DNA of 64,000 nucleotides from Bdellovibrio sp. (GTDB taxonomy: Bacteria; Bdellovibrionota; Bdellovibrionia; Bdellovibrionales; Bdellovibrionaceae): contig JAKFCY010000003.1 of assembly GCA_036676395.1 (NCBI GenBank), forward strand, positions 512,001 to 576,000, read 5' to 3'. Positions 1 through 10,283 of this stretch are shown here, piece after piece. A program made the position numbers and the translations under genes. The notes under the pieces are model-generated. The model had not been told where the DNA came from. It was given only the letters and a program-made list of their open reading frames with translations, and did not search any database. Position 1 is the stretch's first letter, and every line of letters starts with the position of its first letter.

Positions 1-44
1 AAACGCTGAATTCGTTACAGAAGTAAGGCCCTACCTAAAAAAAG

Positions 45-76
45 AAAAGGCCTGGTTCATCACCAAGCCTTTTTTT
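45..76. terminator. Bidirectional rho-independent terminator downstream of tig
   Basis: Stem AAAAGGCCTGGT/ACCAAGCCTTTT flanked by A- and T-runs. Confidence 0.7.
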
Positions 77-98
77 ATTTCGAAATTTTAAGAAGAAA

Positions 99-1412
99 CT
101 AGTTTTGTTCTTCTTTTAATTCTTTCGCGTCTACTTCTTTAACTTTAGCTTTATCAGTTAAAAGCTTAATCACTTTTTCTTCAGTGATCATGTAAGTTAA
201 ACGACTTGCTTGTTCAGGTTTAGCGTACCACTCGCGGATGCGAGTTTCTTCTAAGCCAGTTTGTTTTGCGTATTCAGCAAATTTAGCTTCAAGGTCTTCT
301 TTAGTGCAGATTAATTTGTGTTCTGTTGCTAAAGCGTCGATTAAGAATGAAGACTGGATCATTTCGCCAGCTGTTTTTGCGAAGTCTGCATCCCATTTTT
401 GTACATAAGATTCGAAATCACCTTCTTGCATACCTTGATCAGACATACGTTTTTTGAAATCTTCGATTAACGCTGCTTTTTGATCTTTAAGTAAAGAAGC
501 TGGTACATCAACTGGATTTGCTTCAACCATTTTTTTGATTAAACGGTTTTTGAAGTTATCTTCGATACGTTTTTTATCAGATTGTTCGATATCATCACGT
601 AAAGTTTTTTTGAATTCTTCAACAGTTTGTTTTGTTCCAATCTGGGCAAGTAATTCTTCATTGATTTCAGGTAATTCTTTTTTCTTAAGACCTTTTAATG
701 TCACTTTGAAGTCTACTGGTTTTCCAGCGATTTCAGCAGAGTGGTATGGATCTGGAAATTTTAAGTTAACAGTTTTTTTGTCGCCGATTTTCATTCCAAC
801 GATAGCTTCTTCGAAACCTTCGATGAATTGTTTTGAACCTAATTCTAGATTGTGATCAACGCCTACGCCATTTTCTAATGGACCACCGTTAACAAAACCT
901 TCGAAATCAACAACTGCAGTGTCACCCATTTGAGCCGGGCGATCTTCTAACACGTCTACGATTTTAGCGCGTGAGCTGCGTACGTTATTTAAAACTTGTT
1001 CAAATTGAGCGTCATTGAAAACGAATTTTTCTTTTTCAACTTCTAAGCCTTCCCATTTTTTGATTTTAACTTCGGGGCGAACTTCGATGATCGCTGTGAA
1101 TGCGAAGTCTTTTTCTTCAGATGGATCTTCGAATTCGAACTCAGGGTAATTGATTGGGTCAATATTTGATTCTTTAAGAGCTTGTGGATAATGCGATTGG
1201 ATAAGATCTTGCGCCACATCACCAAGAACTTGAGTTTTGTACATAGATTTAATTGTGCTTAAAGGAGCTTTACCTTTACGAAAGCCTTTAATTTGCACGC
1301 TACGCTGAATGCTTTGGTAAACTTTTTCAAACGCGTTAGTTACCACGGTTTGCGGAATCTCAACATTAATTTTTCTTTGTAAACCTTGAGTGATTTGAAC
1401 TTGTGCTTTCAC
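99..1412 (-). CDS. tig: Trigger factor
   Basis: GFRKGKAP ribosome-binding signature, FKBP-type PPIase domain (FIEGFEEAIVGMK), 437 aa, GGAG RBS before GTG. Confidence 0.97.
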   Translation of the reverse strand: MKAQVQITQGLQRKINVEIPQTVVTNAFEKVYQSIQRSVQIKGFRKGKAPLSTIKSMYKTQVLGDVAQDLIQSHYPQALKESNIDPINYPEFEFEDPSEEKDFAFTAIIEVRPEVKIKKWEGLEVEKEKFVFNDAQFEQVLNNVRSSRAKIVDVLEDRPAQMGDTAVVDFEGFVNGGPLENGVGVDHNLELGSKQFIEGFEEAIVGMKIGDKKTVNLKFPDPYHSAEIAGKPVDFKVTLKGLKKKELPEINEELLAQIGTKQTVEEFKKTLRDDIEQSDKKRIEDNFKNRLIKKMVEANPVDVPASLLKDQKAALIEDFKKRMSDQGMQEGDFESYVQKWDADFAKTAGEMIQSSFLIDALATEHKLICTKEDLEAKFAEYAKQTGLEETRIREWYAKPEQASRLTYMITEEKVIKLLTDKAKVKEVDAKELKEEQN

Positions 1413-1489
1413 TACGACTCCTTTTAAACTTAACTCGTAATTCGTCTCTGATAATTGAACTTTGAATTTGGGAAATTAGAGTATTTAGT

Positions 1490-2353
1490 ATGCAAAAGCA
1501 ACAAATACATTTTGTGACTGGTAAAGGGGGCGTGGGGAAGTCGTTTTTCGCTGCAGCTCTAGCTCAAGGTCTGGCTAAAAAGGCCAACTTTTCACCTGAA
1601 AAAAATGGCCCCTCTAAGCCTATTTTGCTAGCAGAATTCAATGATCATAGCTTCTATCGCGAATACCTCGGCGATAAGCCCGTTTATTTCGATTTAGCTC
1701 AGTGGACAGGCGGCGAATGCCTTAAAGAATATGCTATTCACCTGCTAAAAATCGAATCGCTGTATAAACTTTTTTTTGCAAATCCAATATCAAAAGCCTT
1801 AATCGATGTATCGCCAGGGTTGCTTGAACTAGCCATTTTAGGGCGGGCGACATCGTTTCAACGCAAACATGGGCCGCCTTTAAAATACAATCACATGGTG
1901 TTTGATGCCTTTGCGACCGGCCATTTTTTAACCATGTTTCGTGCCCCTTCAGCCCTTGCAAAAATTATCCAGTTTGGACCAATGGGAGAACAAACCCGTT
2001 CGATCGATAAGTGGATTCGCAACCCTGAATTTTGTCATGTGCATTTAGTGTCATTACCAGAAGAAATGCCCGCGACTGAAACGGCTGAACTTTATCACAG
2101 TCTAAAAGATGAATTTGGTTTAACCCCGAAAGTTTATCTGAATAAATATTTTTTCTTAAAAAAAGAAGACTTAGCAAATGAACCCGAAAGCGTAAAAAAA
2201 TATTTTACCAATATGTTAGAGCAGCAAGAGCTGGCTGAAAAAATCTTTGCAGACCATAAAATTAAATATATTCCTGTGCCGTTAATTCCTGAAATTGAAA
2301 CTGATAAACTTCTGCATGAAGCTTCTGAGTATTTATTAAAGGAAGTTTTATGA
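1490..2353 (+). CDS. ArsA/Get3-like ATPase, subunit 1
   Basis: Deviant Walker A GKGGVGKS, DAFATGH switch region, LPEEMP motif. Confidence 0.85.
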   Translation: MQKQQIHFVTGKGGVGKSFFAAALAQGLAKKANFSPEKNGPSKPILLAEFNDHSFYREYLGDKPVYFDLAQWTGGECLKEYAIHLLKIESLYKLFFANPISKALIDVSPGLLELAILGRATSFQRKHGPPLKYNHMVFDAFATGHFLTMFRAPSALAKIIQFGPMGEQTRSIDKWIRNPEFCHVHLVSLPEEMPATETAELYHSLKDEFGLTPKVYLNKYFFLKKEDLANEPESVKKYFTNMLEQQELAEKIFADHKIKYIPVPLIPEIETDKLLHEASEYLLKEVL

Positions 2354-3372
2354 TGAAGATTGCAAGTACAACAAAAACAATTATCTGCATTGGCACCGGC
2401 GGTGTCGGTAAAACCACAATGGCAGCTTCAATTGCTTCGGGATTATCAGCGGATAAAAAAGTTTTAGTGTTAACAATTGATCCATCACTGCGATTAGCCC
2501 AAGCGCTGGGGATCAAGCCAGACGGCGAAGTGTATAAAGTTAAAAATAATCTTTATGCTTGCACGTTAAATCATGCAAAAGCGTTTCATGAATTCGTCTT
2601 AAAGGCCGCAAGTCATTCAGCAACCCCAGAAGAAATTGAAAAATTATTACATAATAAATTGTATCAACAGCTTTCAACACAACTAAGTGGCTCGCAGGAT
2701 TTTTCAGCGTTATTTAAATTAAATGAATTTGTACACTCTAAAGAATACGACATTGTGATTTTAGATACTCCGCCAGCCCAACACACTTGGCATTTTTTGC
2801 ATGCGCCAGAAAAACTGGGTCAGCTATTTAATGAAGGTGTAGCGCAATGGTTTCGTGACCCAGAACAAAAAGACACAAGCCTATTGAAAAGAATTTTAAA
2901 CACAGGCACTACTCAGGTTTTAAAAGTCTTAGAAAATTTAACTGGTTCAGAATTTGTTAAAGAACTGGCGATTTTTTTTCGCGCTATTCAACGCTGGCAA
3001 ACACCGCTTGAAAAACAAGTTTGGGATTGCCATAAATTACTAACTGCAAAAAGCACCGAATTTATTTTGGTGACGGCTCTTGACCCTTCGCGAATTACTG
3101 AAGCTTTACGTTTAAGTGCAGAAATTGAAAAGCAGGGTTACAATTTAAAATCGATCATCATTAATCGTGTACCGGTTTGGATTACCGAAGAGTCGACTTT
3201 GGGGCCAGTGGTTCGTTATGTGAAATATTTAAAAGCTCTTGAAGCAAGGCTTCTTGGATCTAAGTCTAAGTTTGGTCCACATCTTAAGGTGTACAAATCG
3301 CATGAACTTAGTCACAATCAATTGCATGTGGAAAATCTTAGCGATATCTATCACCGTATTGAGCCTATCTAG
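2350..3372 (+). CDS. ArsA/Get3-like ATPase, subunit 2
   Basis: GTGGVGKTT, TIDPSxRLAQALG, DTPP; ATGA overlap with the upstream gene. Confidence 0.88.
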   Translation: MMKIASTTKTIICIGTGGVGKTTMAASIASGLSADKKVLVLTIDPSLRLAQALGIKPDGEVYKVKNNLYACTLNHAKAFHEFVLKAASHSATPEEIEKLLHNKLYQQLSTQLSGSQDFSALFKLNEFVHSKEYDIVILDTPPAQHTWHFLHAPEKLGQLFNEGVAQWFRDPEQKDTSLLKRILNTGTTQVLKVLENLTGSEFVKELAIFFRAIQRWQTPLEKQVWDCHKLLTAKSTEFILVTALDPSRITEALRLSAEIEKQGYNLKSIIINRVPVWITEESTLGPVVRYVKYLKALEARLLGSKSKFGPHLKVYKSHELSHNQLHVENLSDIYHRIEPI

Positions 3373-4108
3373 CTGTTCGTTATTTGGCCGTTCAGAAACT
3401 AAAAAAGCATTGTTAACCGATTTCGAACAAGGAAAGTATTTAGTTTCGATTTCTGAATATGAAAAAGCTGAGCCCTATTTGCTTAAAACTGTAGTGCGTG
3501 AAGATGATAACTATGCTCAAGCGGTTTTAATGTTAGGTAAAATCTACGATCAGGTGGCATTACCAGAACGTGCGATCTTGAATTTGCGCGATTTTTTACA
3601 GCGTGGACAGGGTTCGCCACTTGAAATCATGCAGGCCAAAGCGCTGTTAATTAAAAACTTAGCCAAAGTAAATGCGCCCATCGAAAATGCCGACGAAAAA
3701 AAATACATCTCGCGTGTTATGACGTCGAAATCTCAAGATTTGCGCCTAGCTTTGGAAAGCTTACGTTGGACACTGGATTTTAACTGTGGCGTCTATTGTG
3801 TCGAAGAAGTGAATTATTTAAAAGAAATTCAGGTGCAACTTCTTTACGCTATTGAGACTGATCCTACGCTCTATAAACGTGTGTTTGATATCTTAACTTC
3901 GCGATATGACTACTTTGAAACATTTTTAAAAGAACCGGTGCTGGATCTAGAATACCGAAAAAAAATCGGCTTAGCGCTTTACGAGGCTTTACAAAAGCTA
4001 AAAAGCTCACATCTTGAAAGCAGTACTTTGGGTTCGGTTAAAGCCGCAGAATTAATTTCCTATTTAGAAGCGTATCAAAAAAGAATTGAACGCTGGTTAT
4101 ACGAGTAA
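3326..4108 (+). CDS. Lipoprotein with TPR-like helical repeats
   Basis: ATG 3326 gives MWKILAISITVLSLSSC (lipobox); TPR-like AVLMLGKIY segment. Confidence 0.65.
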   Translation: MWKILAISITVLSLSSCSLFGRSETKKALLTDFEQGKYLVSISEYEKAEPYLLKTVVREDDNYAQAVLMLGKIYDQVALPERAILNLRDFLQRGQGSPLEIMQAKALLIKNLAKVNAPIENADEKKYISRVMTSKSQDLRLALESLRWTLDFNCGVYCVEEVNYLKEIQVQLLYAIETDPTLYKRVFDILTSRYDYFETFLKEPVLDLEYRKKIGLALYEALQKLKSSHLESSTLGSVKAAELISYLEAYQKRIERWLYE

Positions 4109-4111
4109 AAT

Positions 4112-5377
4112 ATGACATACACAGGGGCGCAAGCTCAGCTTCATGCTAACATTTGCAAAAATATCGACAACGCTACTGATTGGTTTAAAAAACAAACTTC
4201 AGTTTTAGAGTATCCGATTTATTCAAGCTACGATATTCGTGATGCTGGTTACAAAGTCACTAACGTTGATGCAAATATTTATCCCGCCGGATTTAATAAC
4301 ATTTGCCCAACGGATAAAGAGTCGGCAGTAGACCTATTTCAAAAATATATTCATGTGCATTATGGAAAAAACGTAAAAAAGATTCTTTTAGTGACTGAAG
4401 AGCATACGGCGAATCCCTATTATTTAGAAAACGTAGCTACAATTTCTGAATTATTAGTGGCGGGTGGTTTTTTCGTGCAAGTGGCGTTTCCGAAAATGTT
4501 AGAAGCTCCGCTTGAATTAACCAGTGTGACGGGTAAAAAAGTGATCGCTTACAGTGGTTATACAAACTCAGCAAGCTTTCAGCAATTTGCTCCGGATATC
4601 GTGATTAGTAATAACGATTTTTCGATGGCCTTAGCTGAATGGGGTGATCAATTAAAATTACCTCTAAACCCACCGCGTGAACTTGGTTGGTATCAAAGAC
4701 AAAAATCACGCTACTTTGAAAATTATAACTCATTAGTAAATACTTTTTCAGACATCGTGGGTATTGATCCATTTTTAATGCGTGTTGAAACTGAATTGTT
4801 TGAACACTTCGACATTAACAGCGATGAAAGCCGCGATGCTTTGGCTGCACGCGTAGATGCATTTTTAGCAAAACTTCAAGCTAAGTACGCTGAAGAAAAA
4901 ATTGAGCAAAAGCCTTTTTGTTTTGTAAAAAACAATGCCGGAACTTACGGTTTAGGTGTTATTAAAGTTTCTTCGGGCCAAGAAGTTAAAGAGTGGACTT
5001 ACAAATCACGTAAAAAAATGAAAGCCGCAAAAGGCGGTCGTGAAGTTGAAGAAGTGATTATCCAAGAAGGTATTCCTTCGGTTGTAACTTCAGAACAGGC
5101 TTCAGCAGAACCCGTAATCTATATGGTTGGTTGTGAATTAGCAGGTGGCTTCTTACGTACTCACTCAGAGAAGTCGTCGACTGAAAGTTTGAATTCTCCG
5201 GGGGCCGTTTACAAAAAACTTTGTGTAACAGACCTTCTCGACAATCGTCCGGGCTGTCCGCAAGAAAACGTTTACGGATGGTCAGCAAAACTTGGTTTAC
5301 TAGCGATTGGTCTAGAAGCGCAGCAGATGAAAGTCCAATTTAAGGGCTACCAAAAAGCAGAATGCGGATCGATATGA
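4112..5377 (+). CDS. gshA: Glutamate-cysteine ligase (ATP-grasp GshA type)
   Basis: VDANIYPAGFNN, KNNAGTYGLG, IIQEG and LNSPG motifs. Confidence 0.85.
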   Translation: MTYTGAQAQLHANICKNIDNATDWFKKQTSVLEYPIYSSYDIRDAGYKVTNVDANIYPAGFNNICPTDKESAVDLFQKYIHVHYGKNVKKILLVTEEHTANPYYLENVATISELLVAGGFFVQVAFPKMLEAPLELTSVTGKKVIAYSGYTNSASFQQFAPDIVISNNDFSMALAEWGDQLKLPLNPPRELGWYQRQKSRYFENYNSLVNTFSDIVGIDPFLMRVETELFEHFDINSDESRDALAARVDAFLAKLQAKYAEEKIEQKPFCFVKNNAGTYGLGVIKVSSGQEVKEWTYKSRKKMKAAKGGREVEEVIIQEGIPSVVTSEQASAEPVIYMVGCELAGGFLRTHSEKSSTESLNSPGAVYKKLCVTDLLDNRPGCPQENVYGWSAKLGLLAIGLEAQQMKVQFKGYQKAECGSI

Positions 5378-5389
5378 TATTATTTATGT

Positions 5390-5995
5390 ATGGAGCAATT
5401 CGTACATAAATTTAAGTCAGTATTTTTATTTTTCCTGACCTTTACATTAGGATTCTCTTTATTTTACGGCTACTTTAATGAAAATTTCTCAGAGCGTGAT
5501 CCGGCGGCGATCGGAAATAAAGTACATCAGTTAAAAAACTTCGACCCTGAACAACTTAAAGAAGAGTTAGCACATAAAATTCAGGTGCAAAATCTTCCGG
5601 ATGGTAAAAAGTATTTACGCTTTACCAGTCTGTCTTCAAATGTTTGTCGCCAATATCCAAAAGTACAAATTCAGTTTTCTGCTGATGGTATATCAGTTGC
5701 TGGCGAGCCACCAATCATGACTATCGAAGCTGATTGTTTACCGGCGCAAGACCCAGTTGAAATGGCGTCGATTGAAATTCCTGTTGATAAAATTTTGAAG
5801 CAAAAGCCAACAAATGCGTCTTACAAATTTGACGGTTTAACTTCAACGTTCACGTTTTCTGGCTCAGGGGATGAGTGGCCAAAAACGTGGATATTACGTT
5901 CAGTCATTTTCAAAAATCAAAATGGCAACACTAAAATCGTGGCTTTTGAAAAAGCCATTTCAGCAGATCACAGACCAACAATCTTAGAATTCTAA
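5390..5995 (+). CDS. Hypothetical protein with N-terminal membrane anchor
   Basis: 201-aa ORF, hydrophobic N-terminus followed by RDPA. Confidence 0.7.
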   Translation: MEQFVHKFKSVFLFFLTFTLGFSLFYGYFNENFSERDPAAIGNKVHQLKNFDPEQLKEELAHKIQVQNLPDGKKYLRFTSLSSNVCRQYPKVQIQFSADGISVAGEPPIMTIEADCLPAQDPVEMASIEIPVDKILKQKPTNASYKFDGLTSTFTFSGSGDEWPKTWILRSVIFKNQNGNTKIVAFEKAISADHRPTILEF

Positions 5996-5996
5996 A

Positions 5997-6015
5997 GGTG
6001 CCAGGCCCTGTTTCT
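5997..6015 (+). repeat. 19-bp REP-like element GGTGCCAGGCCCTGTTTCT, copy 1
   Basis: Exact reverse-complement copy at 25629-25647; both lie just after a stop codon. Confidence 0.75.
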
Positions 6016-6055
6016 GGTTGCAGCGAATCAATCTAACTATTTCATAGGGGGAATT

Positions 6056-6448
6056 ATGAAGAAGTTCTTATTCGTTTTTATTTTTTTTCTTAATTGTTTA
6101 GCCTTAGCTGCGACACCCAATGAACAGGCGTGTGCAGATAAAACTCAAAAGCAAAATGAAATGCAGCTAATCTCTGCAAAGTTATCGCGTAGTGAACAGC
6201 TCGGCATGAATACCGAAAAAGAAACGCAAGCTATGACATTAGCTCAGCAAGAATTAGATAGAGCCGAAGAGGCTTGTCCAATGACAAAAGATGAAGCCTG
6301 CGCAGTTCGAGTTTTAAAAAAGAAGCAATACGATGCTTTAATCGGAAATATTTCAAGAAATCCATTAATGGATATGGACGGCGCACTTAAAAAATTAAAA
6401 GCCGTCTCTAAAGAATACAAACACGCAAAATCAATCTGCCCCCAGTAA
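6056..6448 (+). CDS. Secreted protein with two tandem ACA...CP helical repeats
   Basis: Signal peptide; two roughly 50-aa units each bracketed by Cys; GGGGG RBS. Confidence 0.75.
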   Translation: MKKFLFVFIFFLNCLALAATPNEQACADKTQKQNEMQLISAKLSRSEQLGMNTEKETQAMTLAQQELDRAEEACPMTKDEACAVRVLKKKQYDALIGNISRNPLMDMDGALKKLKAVSKEYKHAKSICPQ

Positions 6449-6466
6449 CATCACAAATACAGAGCG

Positions 6467-6496
6467 AAAAAAAAGGAGCCCTAAAGCTCCTTTTTT
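6467..6496. terminator. Bidirectional terminator between convergent genes
   Basis: A-run GGAGC...GCTCC T-run. Confidence 0.8.
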
Positions 6497-6553
6497 AATT
6501 TTTGAGATCTTTTCTTTTTGAAATGCATTGCATTTCAAAAAGGGAGGGACTTC

Positions 6554-8065
6554 CTAAAACTGCTTAGCAATCTCAACGAATGTACGAACCATTACGCCTG
6601 TTGCGCCTTTTGGTGAGCAGTAATTTAAACGATTACCACAAGCCCAGCCGGTACCGGCGATATCAAAGTGAGCCCAAGGAATACCTTCAGCTACGAATTG
6701 CTCTAAGAATGCTGCTGCTGTTCCAGAACCCGCACCACCTGTGTAAGAGATGTTTGAAAGGTCTGCGTATGTGCCTTTCATATCTTTAGTGTGGTGTTCA
6801 TTGAATGGCATATTCCAGATGGCTTCGCCAGAAGTTGATCCTGCTTTTTCAATTTTAGTTTTTAAAGCCGAGTTTTTAGTAAAATATCCTGTGTGGATAT
6901 TACCTAAAGCAACAACCATAGCTCCAGTTAAAGTCGCTGCATCGATGATCGCTGCAGGTTCTTGTTCAGAAGCATACACTAAAGCATCAGACAGAATTAA
7001 ACGGCCTTCAGCATCAGTGTTGTTAATTTCAAAAGTTTTGCCATTACGTGCCGTGTGCACATCACCTGGTTTAGTTGCGCTGCCGTTAATCATGTTTTCA
7101 GTTGCAGGTACGAACGCGATCACATTTACTTTTAATTTTAATTGAGCGATAGCTAACATTGTTCCGATAACTGCAGCGCCGCCGCCTTTATCGTATTTCA
7201 TTTCTTCCATTTTAGCGCCTGGCTTAATGCTTACGCCGCCGCAGTCAAAAGTTAAACCTTTTCCTACGAATGCCAATGGTTTTTTAGTTTTGGCTGCGCC
7301 AAAATATTCCATAACGATAAAACGTGGCTCTTGATCAGAACCTTGAGCAACACCTAATAGGCCGCCCATTTTTTCTTTTTCAATGCGTTTTTTATCCCAT
7401 GATTGAACTTTTAAAGCTGTGCCTTTAGCGCCGCGAATAGCTTCGTTGCCTAAGATTGTCGGTGTCATCAAGTTACCTGGCATATCACCTAAGCGACGTG
7501 CGAAGTTAGTGCATGAAGCAAGGATAGTCCCTTCGTTAAATGCAGCGATGATACCTTTTTCTTTACCGGCTTTAGATACTAAATGAACATTGATAGTTTC
7601 ATCTTTTTTGTCTTTAGGTTTTGATTTTAACTCATCGAAAGAATAGCCAGCTAAGTTTAAACCTTCTACGAAAGCTTGTGTGTATTCAGCTAAATCTTTT
7701 TTGCTTGAAGCTAAACCGTCTAATTGAACAAACGCTTCGTTAGCTTTTAAAGCTTTAATTTCTTTGTATAAAGCGGCTGCGGCCTGACGAACAGTTTCGT
7801 GTGTCATTTTGCTGTCAGCGCCTAGACCCACTGTGATCACATGGCGAAAATTATTTAAATTAGCTTCACGAAAAGAAACGGTTTCGTTAGCTGCTCCTGT
7901 GATTAGTTTATCGTCTAAAGAAGCTTCGAAGATTTCGTTAACGTCTTTATCAGTGATTTGTGCTGGTTTGTCTTTTTGCGCATTGGTTTTTGCAAAAAAC
8001 ACTACCGTTTGACCTGTTAATGTTGAAATATCTTTCGCGTGCAAATGGACTTGCAAATTAGACAT
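6554..8065 (-). CDS. pepA: Leucyl aminopeptidase (M17)
   Basis: GKGLTFDCGG, NTDAEGRL, ATLTGA, HFDIAG motifs. Confidence 0.95.
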   Translation of the reverse strand: MSNLQVHLHAKDISTLTGQTVVFFAKTNAQKDKPAQITDKDVNEIFEASLDDKLITGAANETVSFREANLNNFRHVITVGLGADSKMTHETVRQAAAALYKEIKALKANEAFVQLDGLASSKKDLAEYTQAFVEGLNLAGYSFDELKSKPKDKKDETINVHLVSKAGKEKGIIAAFNEGTILASCTNFARRLGDMPGNLMTPTILGNEAIRGAKGTALKVQSWDKKRIEKEKMGGLLGVAQGSDQEPRFIVMEYFGAAKTKKPLAFVGKGLTFDCGGVSIKPGAKMEEMKYDKGGGAAVIGTMLAIAQLKLKVNVIAFVPATENMINGSATKPGDVHTARNGKTFEINNTDAEGRLILSDALVYASEQEPAAIIDAATLTGAMVVALGNIHTGYFTKNSALKTKIEKAGSTSGEAIWNMPFNEHHTKDMKGTYADLSNISYTGGAGSGTAAAFLEQFVAEGIPWAHFDIAGTGWACGNRLNYCSPKGATGVMVRTFVEIAKQF

Positions 8066-8315
8066 GAGAGCATCCTTCCGAAGCTACTAAATTCACTTCA
8101 ATTTATAGAGACCCATATTGTCCCAAATTGATAAAGGATTGAAGCATAATTCTTAAGAAGAGGCATTTCGACTAGACTGGTCGAGGCTTTTTCTGGACTC
8201 ATGTTAAAAAAAATAAAGTGTGAACATTAAAAGTCCGAAAAATACATAGCGCAATCAACACCCAAAGTGGGTAATGAAGTAGCAGCAAAGACGACAACTA
8301 GAACAGGAGCCTCCA

Positions 8316-8921
8316 GTGGCAGTAATACCATACGTAATAGAACAGACAAATAAGGGCGAAAGATCTTATGATATTTACTCAAGACTTTTAAAAGATCGCA
8401 TCATTATCTTAGGATCAGCAGTGACAGACGAGGTCGCCAACGCAATTATTGCCCAAATCTTGTTCTTAGAGGTGGATAATCCTGAAAAAGACATTCAATT
8501 TTATATTAATTCGCCAGGTGGCAGCGTTTCTGCAGGCATGGCGATCTACGATATGATGCAATTCGTGAAGTGCGATATCGCAACTTATTGTTTAGGAATG
8601 GCAGCCAGCATGGGCTCTTTGCTCTTAACTGCTGGCACTAAGGGGAAAAGATACTCAATGCCTAGTTCTAGAATCATGATCCATCAACCGCTTTTAGCTG
8701 GTGGTGGCTTATCTGGGCAGGTAACAGATATCGAAATCCACGCCAGAGAATTGATTAAGACGAAAGAAAAGTTAACTCGTATTTATGAAAAGCACACGGG
8801 TAAAGACTACGCAACACTTCACGCGGCTATGGAGCGCGATAATTTTATGGATGCTAAAACAGCCTTAGATTTCGGTTTAATTGACCATGTGATTGAATCT
8901 CGTAAAGCGAACAAAGGATAA
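8316..8921 (+). CDS. clpP: Clp protease proteolytic subunit
   Basis: [29 protein letters not shown]. Confidence 0.98.
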   Translation: MAVIPYVIEQTNKGERSYDIYSRLLKDRIIILGSAVTDEVANAIIAQILFLEVDNPEKDIQFYINSPGGSVSAGMAIYDMMQFVKCDIATYCLGMAASMGSLLLTAGTKGKRYSMPSSRIMIHQPLLAGGGLSGQVTDIEIHARELIKTKEKLTRIYEKHTGKDYATLHAAMERDNFMDAKTALDFGLIDHVIESRKANKG

Positions 8922-8924
8922 TAG

Positions 8925-10208
8925 ATGAAAGACGCTCAATTAAGATGCTCATTTTGTGGTAAAGGCCAAAAAGAAGTTAAAAAACTTATTGCAGGCCCAA
9001 GCGTTTATATCTGTGACGAATGTATCGATCTTTGCATGGATATCATCGACGAAGAAAAAGACAAAGAAGTTGCGGTTAAGGGAGCTTTCAGAGTTCCGAA
9101 ACCAGCAGAGATCAAAGCTTTCTTAGATGACTATGTTATCGGTCAGCTTTCTGCGAAGAAGACAATCGCTGTAGCAGTTCACAATCACTACAAGCGTATC
9201 AATGCTCTTCAAGGTAAAAAAGCAACTGATGTTGAATTACAAAAATCAAATATTTTATTAGTTGGTCCGACAGGATCAGGTAAAACATTAATCGCTCAAA
9301 CTATCGCACGTGTATTAAATGTACCGTTTGCAATGGCAGATGCGACGACGTTAACTGAAGCTGGTTACGTGGGTGAAGACGTTGAAAATATCGTTCTTAA
9401 TTTATTACAAGCGGCTGATTACGATATCGAAAAAGCAAAACGTGGAATCATCTACGTGGATGAGATCGATAAAATTTCTCGTAAATCAGAAAATCCATCA
9501 ATCACTCGTGATGTATCGGGTGAGGGTGTACAGCAAGCATTATTAAAAATTTTAGAAGGAACTGTTGCGAACTTACCTCCAAAAGGTGGTCGTAAACATC
9601 CACAACAAGAATTTATTCAAGTCGATACAACAAATATCTTATTCATTTGCGGTGGTGCTTTCTCTGGTTTAGATAAAATCGTAGAAAACAGAACTGTTAA
9701 TAAATCGATGGGTATCGGCGGAGAAATCAATCACAATGCTGACGGTGACACAGAACACTTATTAGCAAAAGTAACTCCTGAAGATTTAACAAAGTTTGGT
9801 CTTATTCCAGAGTTCATCGGTCGTTTACCGGCAATCGCTACTTTAGCACCGTTAAAAGAAGATGCTTTAATGGAAATCTTAACTCGCCCTAAAAATGCGA
9901 TCACTAAGCAGTACCAAAAATTATTCTCTTTCGAAGGTGTTGATTTAAGATTTACTGATGAAGCTTTAAAAGCAATTGCTCGCGAAGCTTTAAAACGTAA
10001 AACAGGTGCCCGCGGTCTGCGTGGTGTTATCGAATCATCAATGTTAGATGTGATGTATGATGTTCCGGGTTTAACAAACGTTAAAGAAGTGATCATCGAC
10101 GAAAAAGTAATCCAGGAAATGGCGCAGCCGAAAATGGTTTATTACACAGATGACGAAATGAAGGCTAAAGCTGAAAAAGCGAAAAAGTCTGAATCAGAAT
10201 CTGCCTAG
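8925..10208 (+). CDS. clpX: Clp protease ATP-binding subunit
   Basis: CSFC/CDEC Zn-binding domain, [11 protein letters not shown] loop, TGARGLR. Confidence 0.98.
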   Translation: MKDAQLRCSFCGKGQKEVKKLIAGPSVYICDECIDLCMDIIDEEKDKEVAVKGAFRVPKPAEIKAFLDDYVIGQLSAKKTIAVAVHNHYKRINALQGKKATDVELQKSNILLVGPTGSGKTLIAQTIARVLNVPFAMADATTLTEAGYVGEDVENIVLNLLQAADYDIEKAKRGIIYVDEIDKISRKSENPSITRDVSGEGVQQALLKILEGTVANLPPKGGRKHPQQEFIQVDTTNILFICGGAFSGLDKIVENRTVNKSMGIGGEINHNADGDTEHLLAKVTPEDLTKFGLIPEFIGRLPAIATLAPLKEDALMEILTRPKNAITKQYQKLFSFEGVDLRFTDEALKAIAREALKRKTGARGLRGVIESSMLDVMYDVPGLTNVKEVIIDEKVIQEMAQPKMVYYTDDEMKAKAEKAKKSESESA

Positions 10209-10231
10209 TTAGAAAATTAAAAGAAAAAAAT

Positions 10232-10266
10232 AAAAAAAAGGAGAGTGTTCAGCTCTCCTTTTTTTT
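10232..10266. terminator. Bidirectional terminator after clpX
   Basis: A-run GGAGAG...CTCTCC T-run. Confidence 0.8.
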
Positions 10267-10283
10267 ATTCTGTAATCTAAGAA

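Noticed and set aside
6514..6542. 14-bp perfect inverted repeat with a 1-nt centre as an operator
   Set aside because: Lies between convergent gene ends; more simply a 3' RNA hairpin of pepA
8214..8241. Sigma28-like promoter for clpP (TAAA-N16-TCCGAAAA)
   Set aside because: Two mismatches in the -10 box in A-rich DNA; too weak to call
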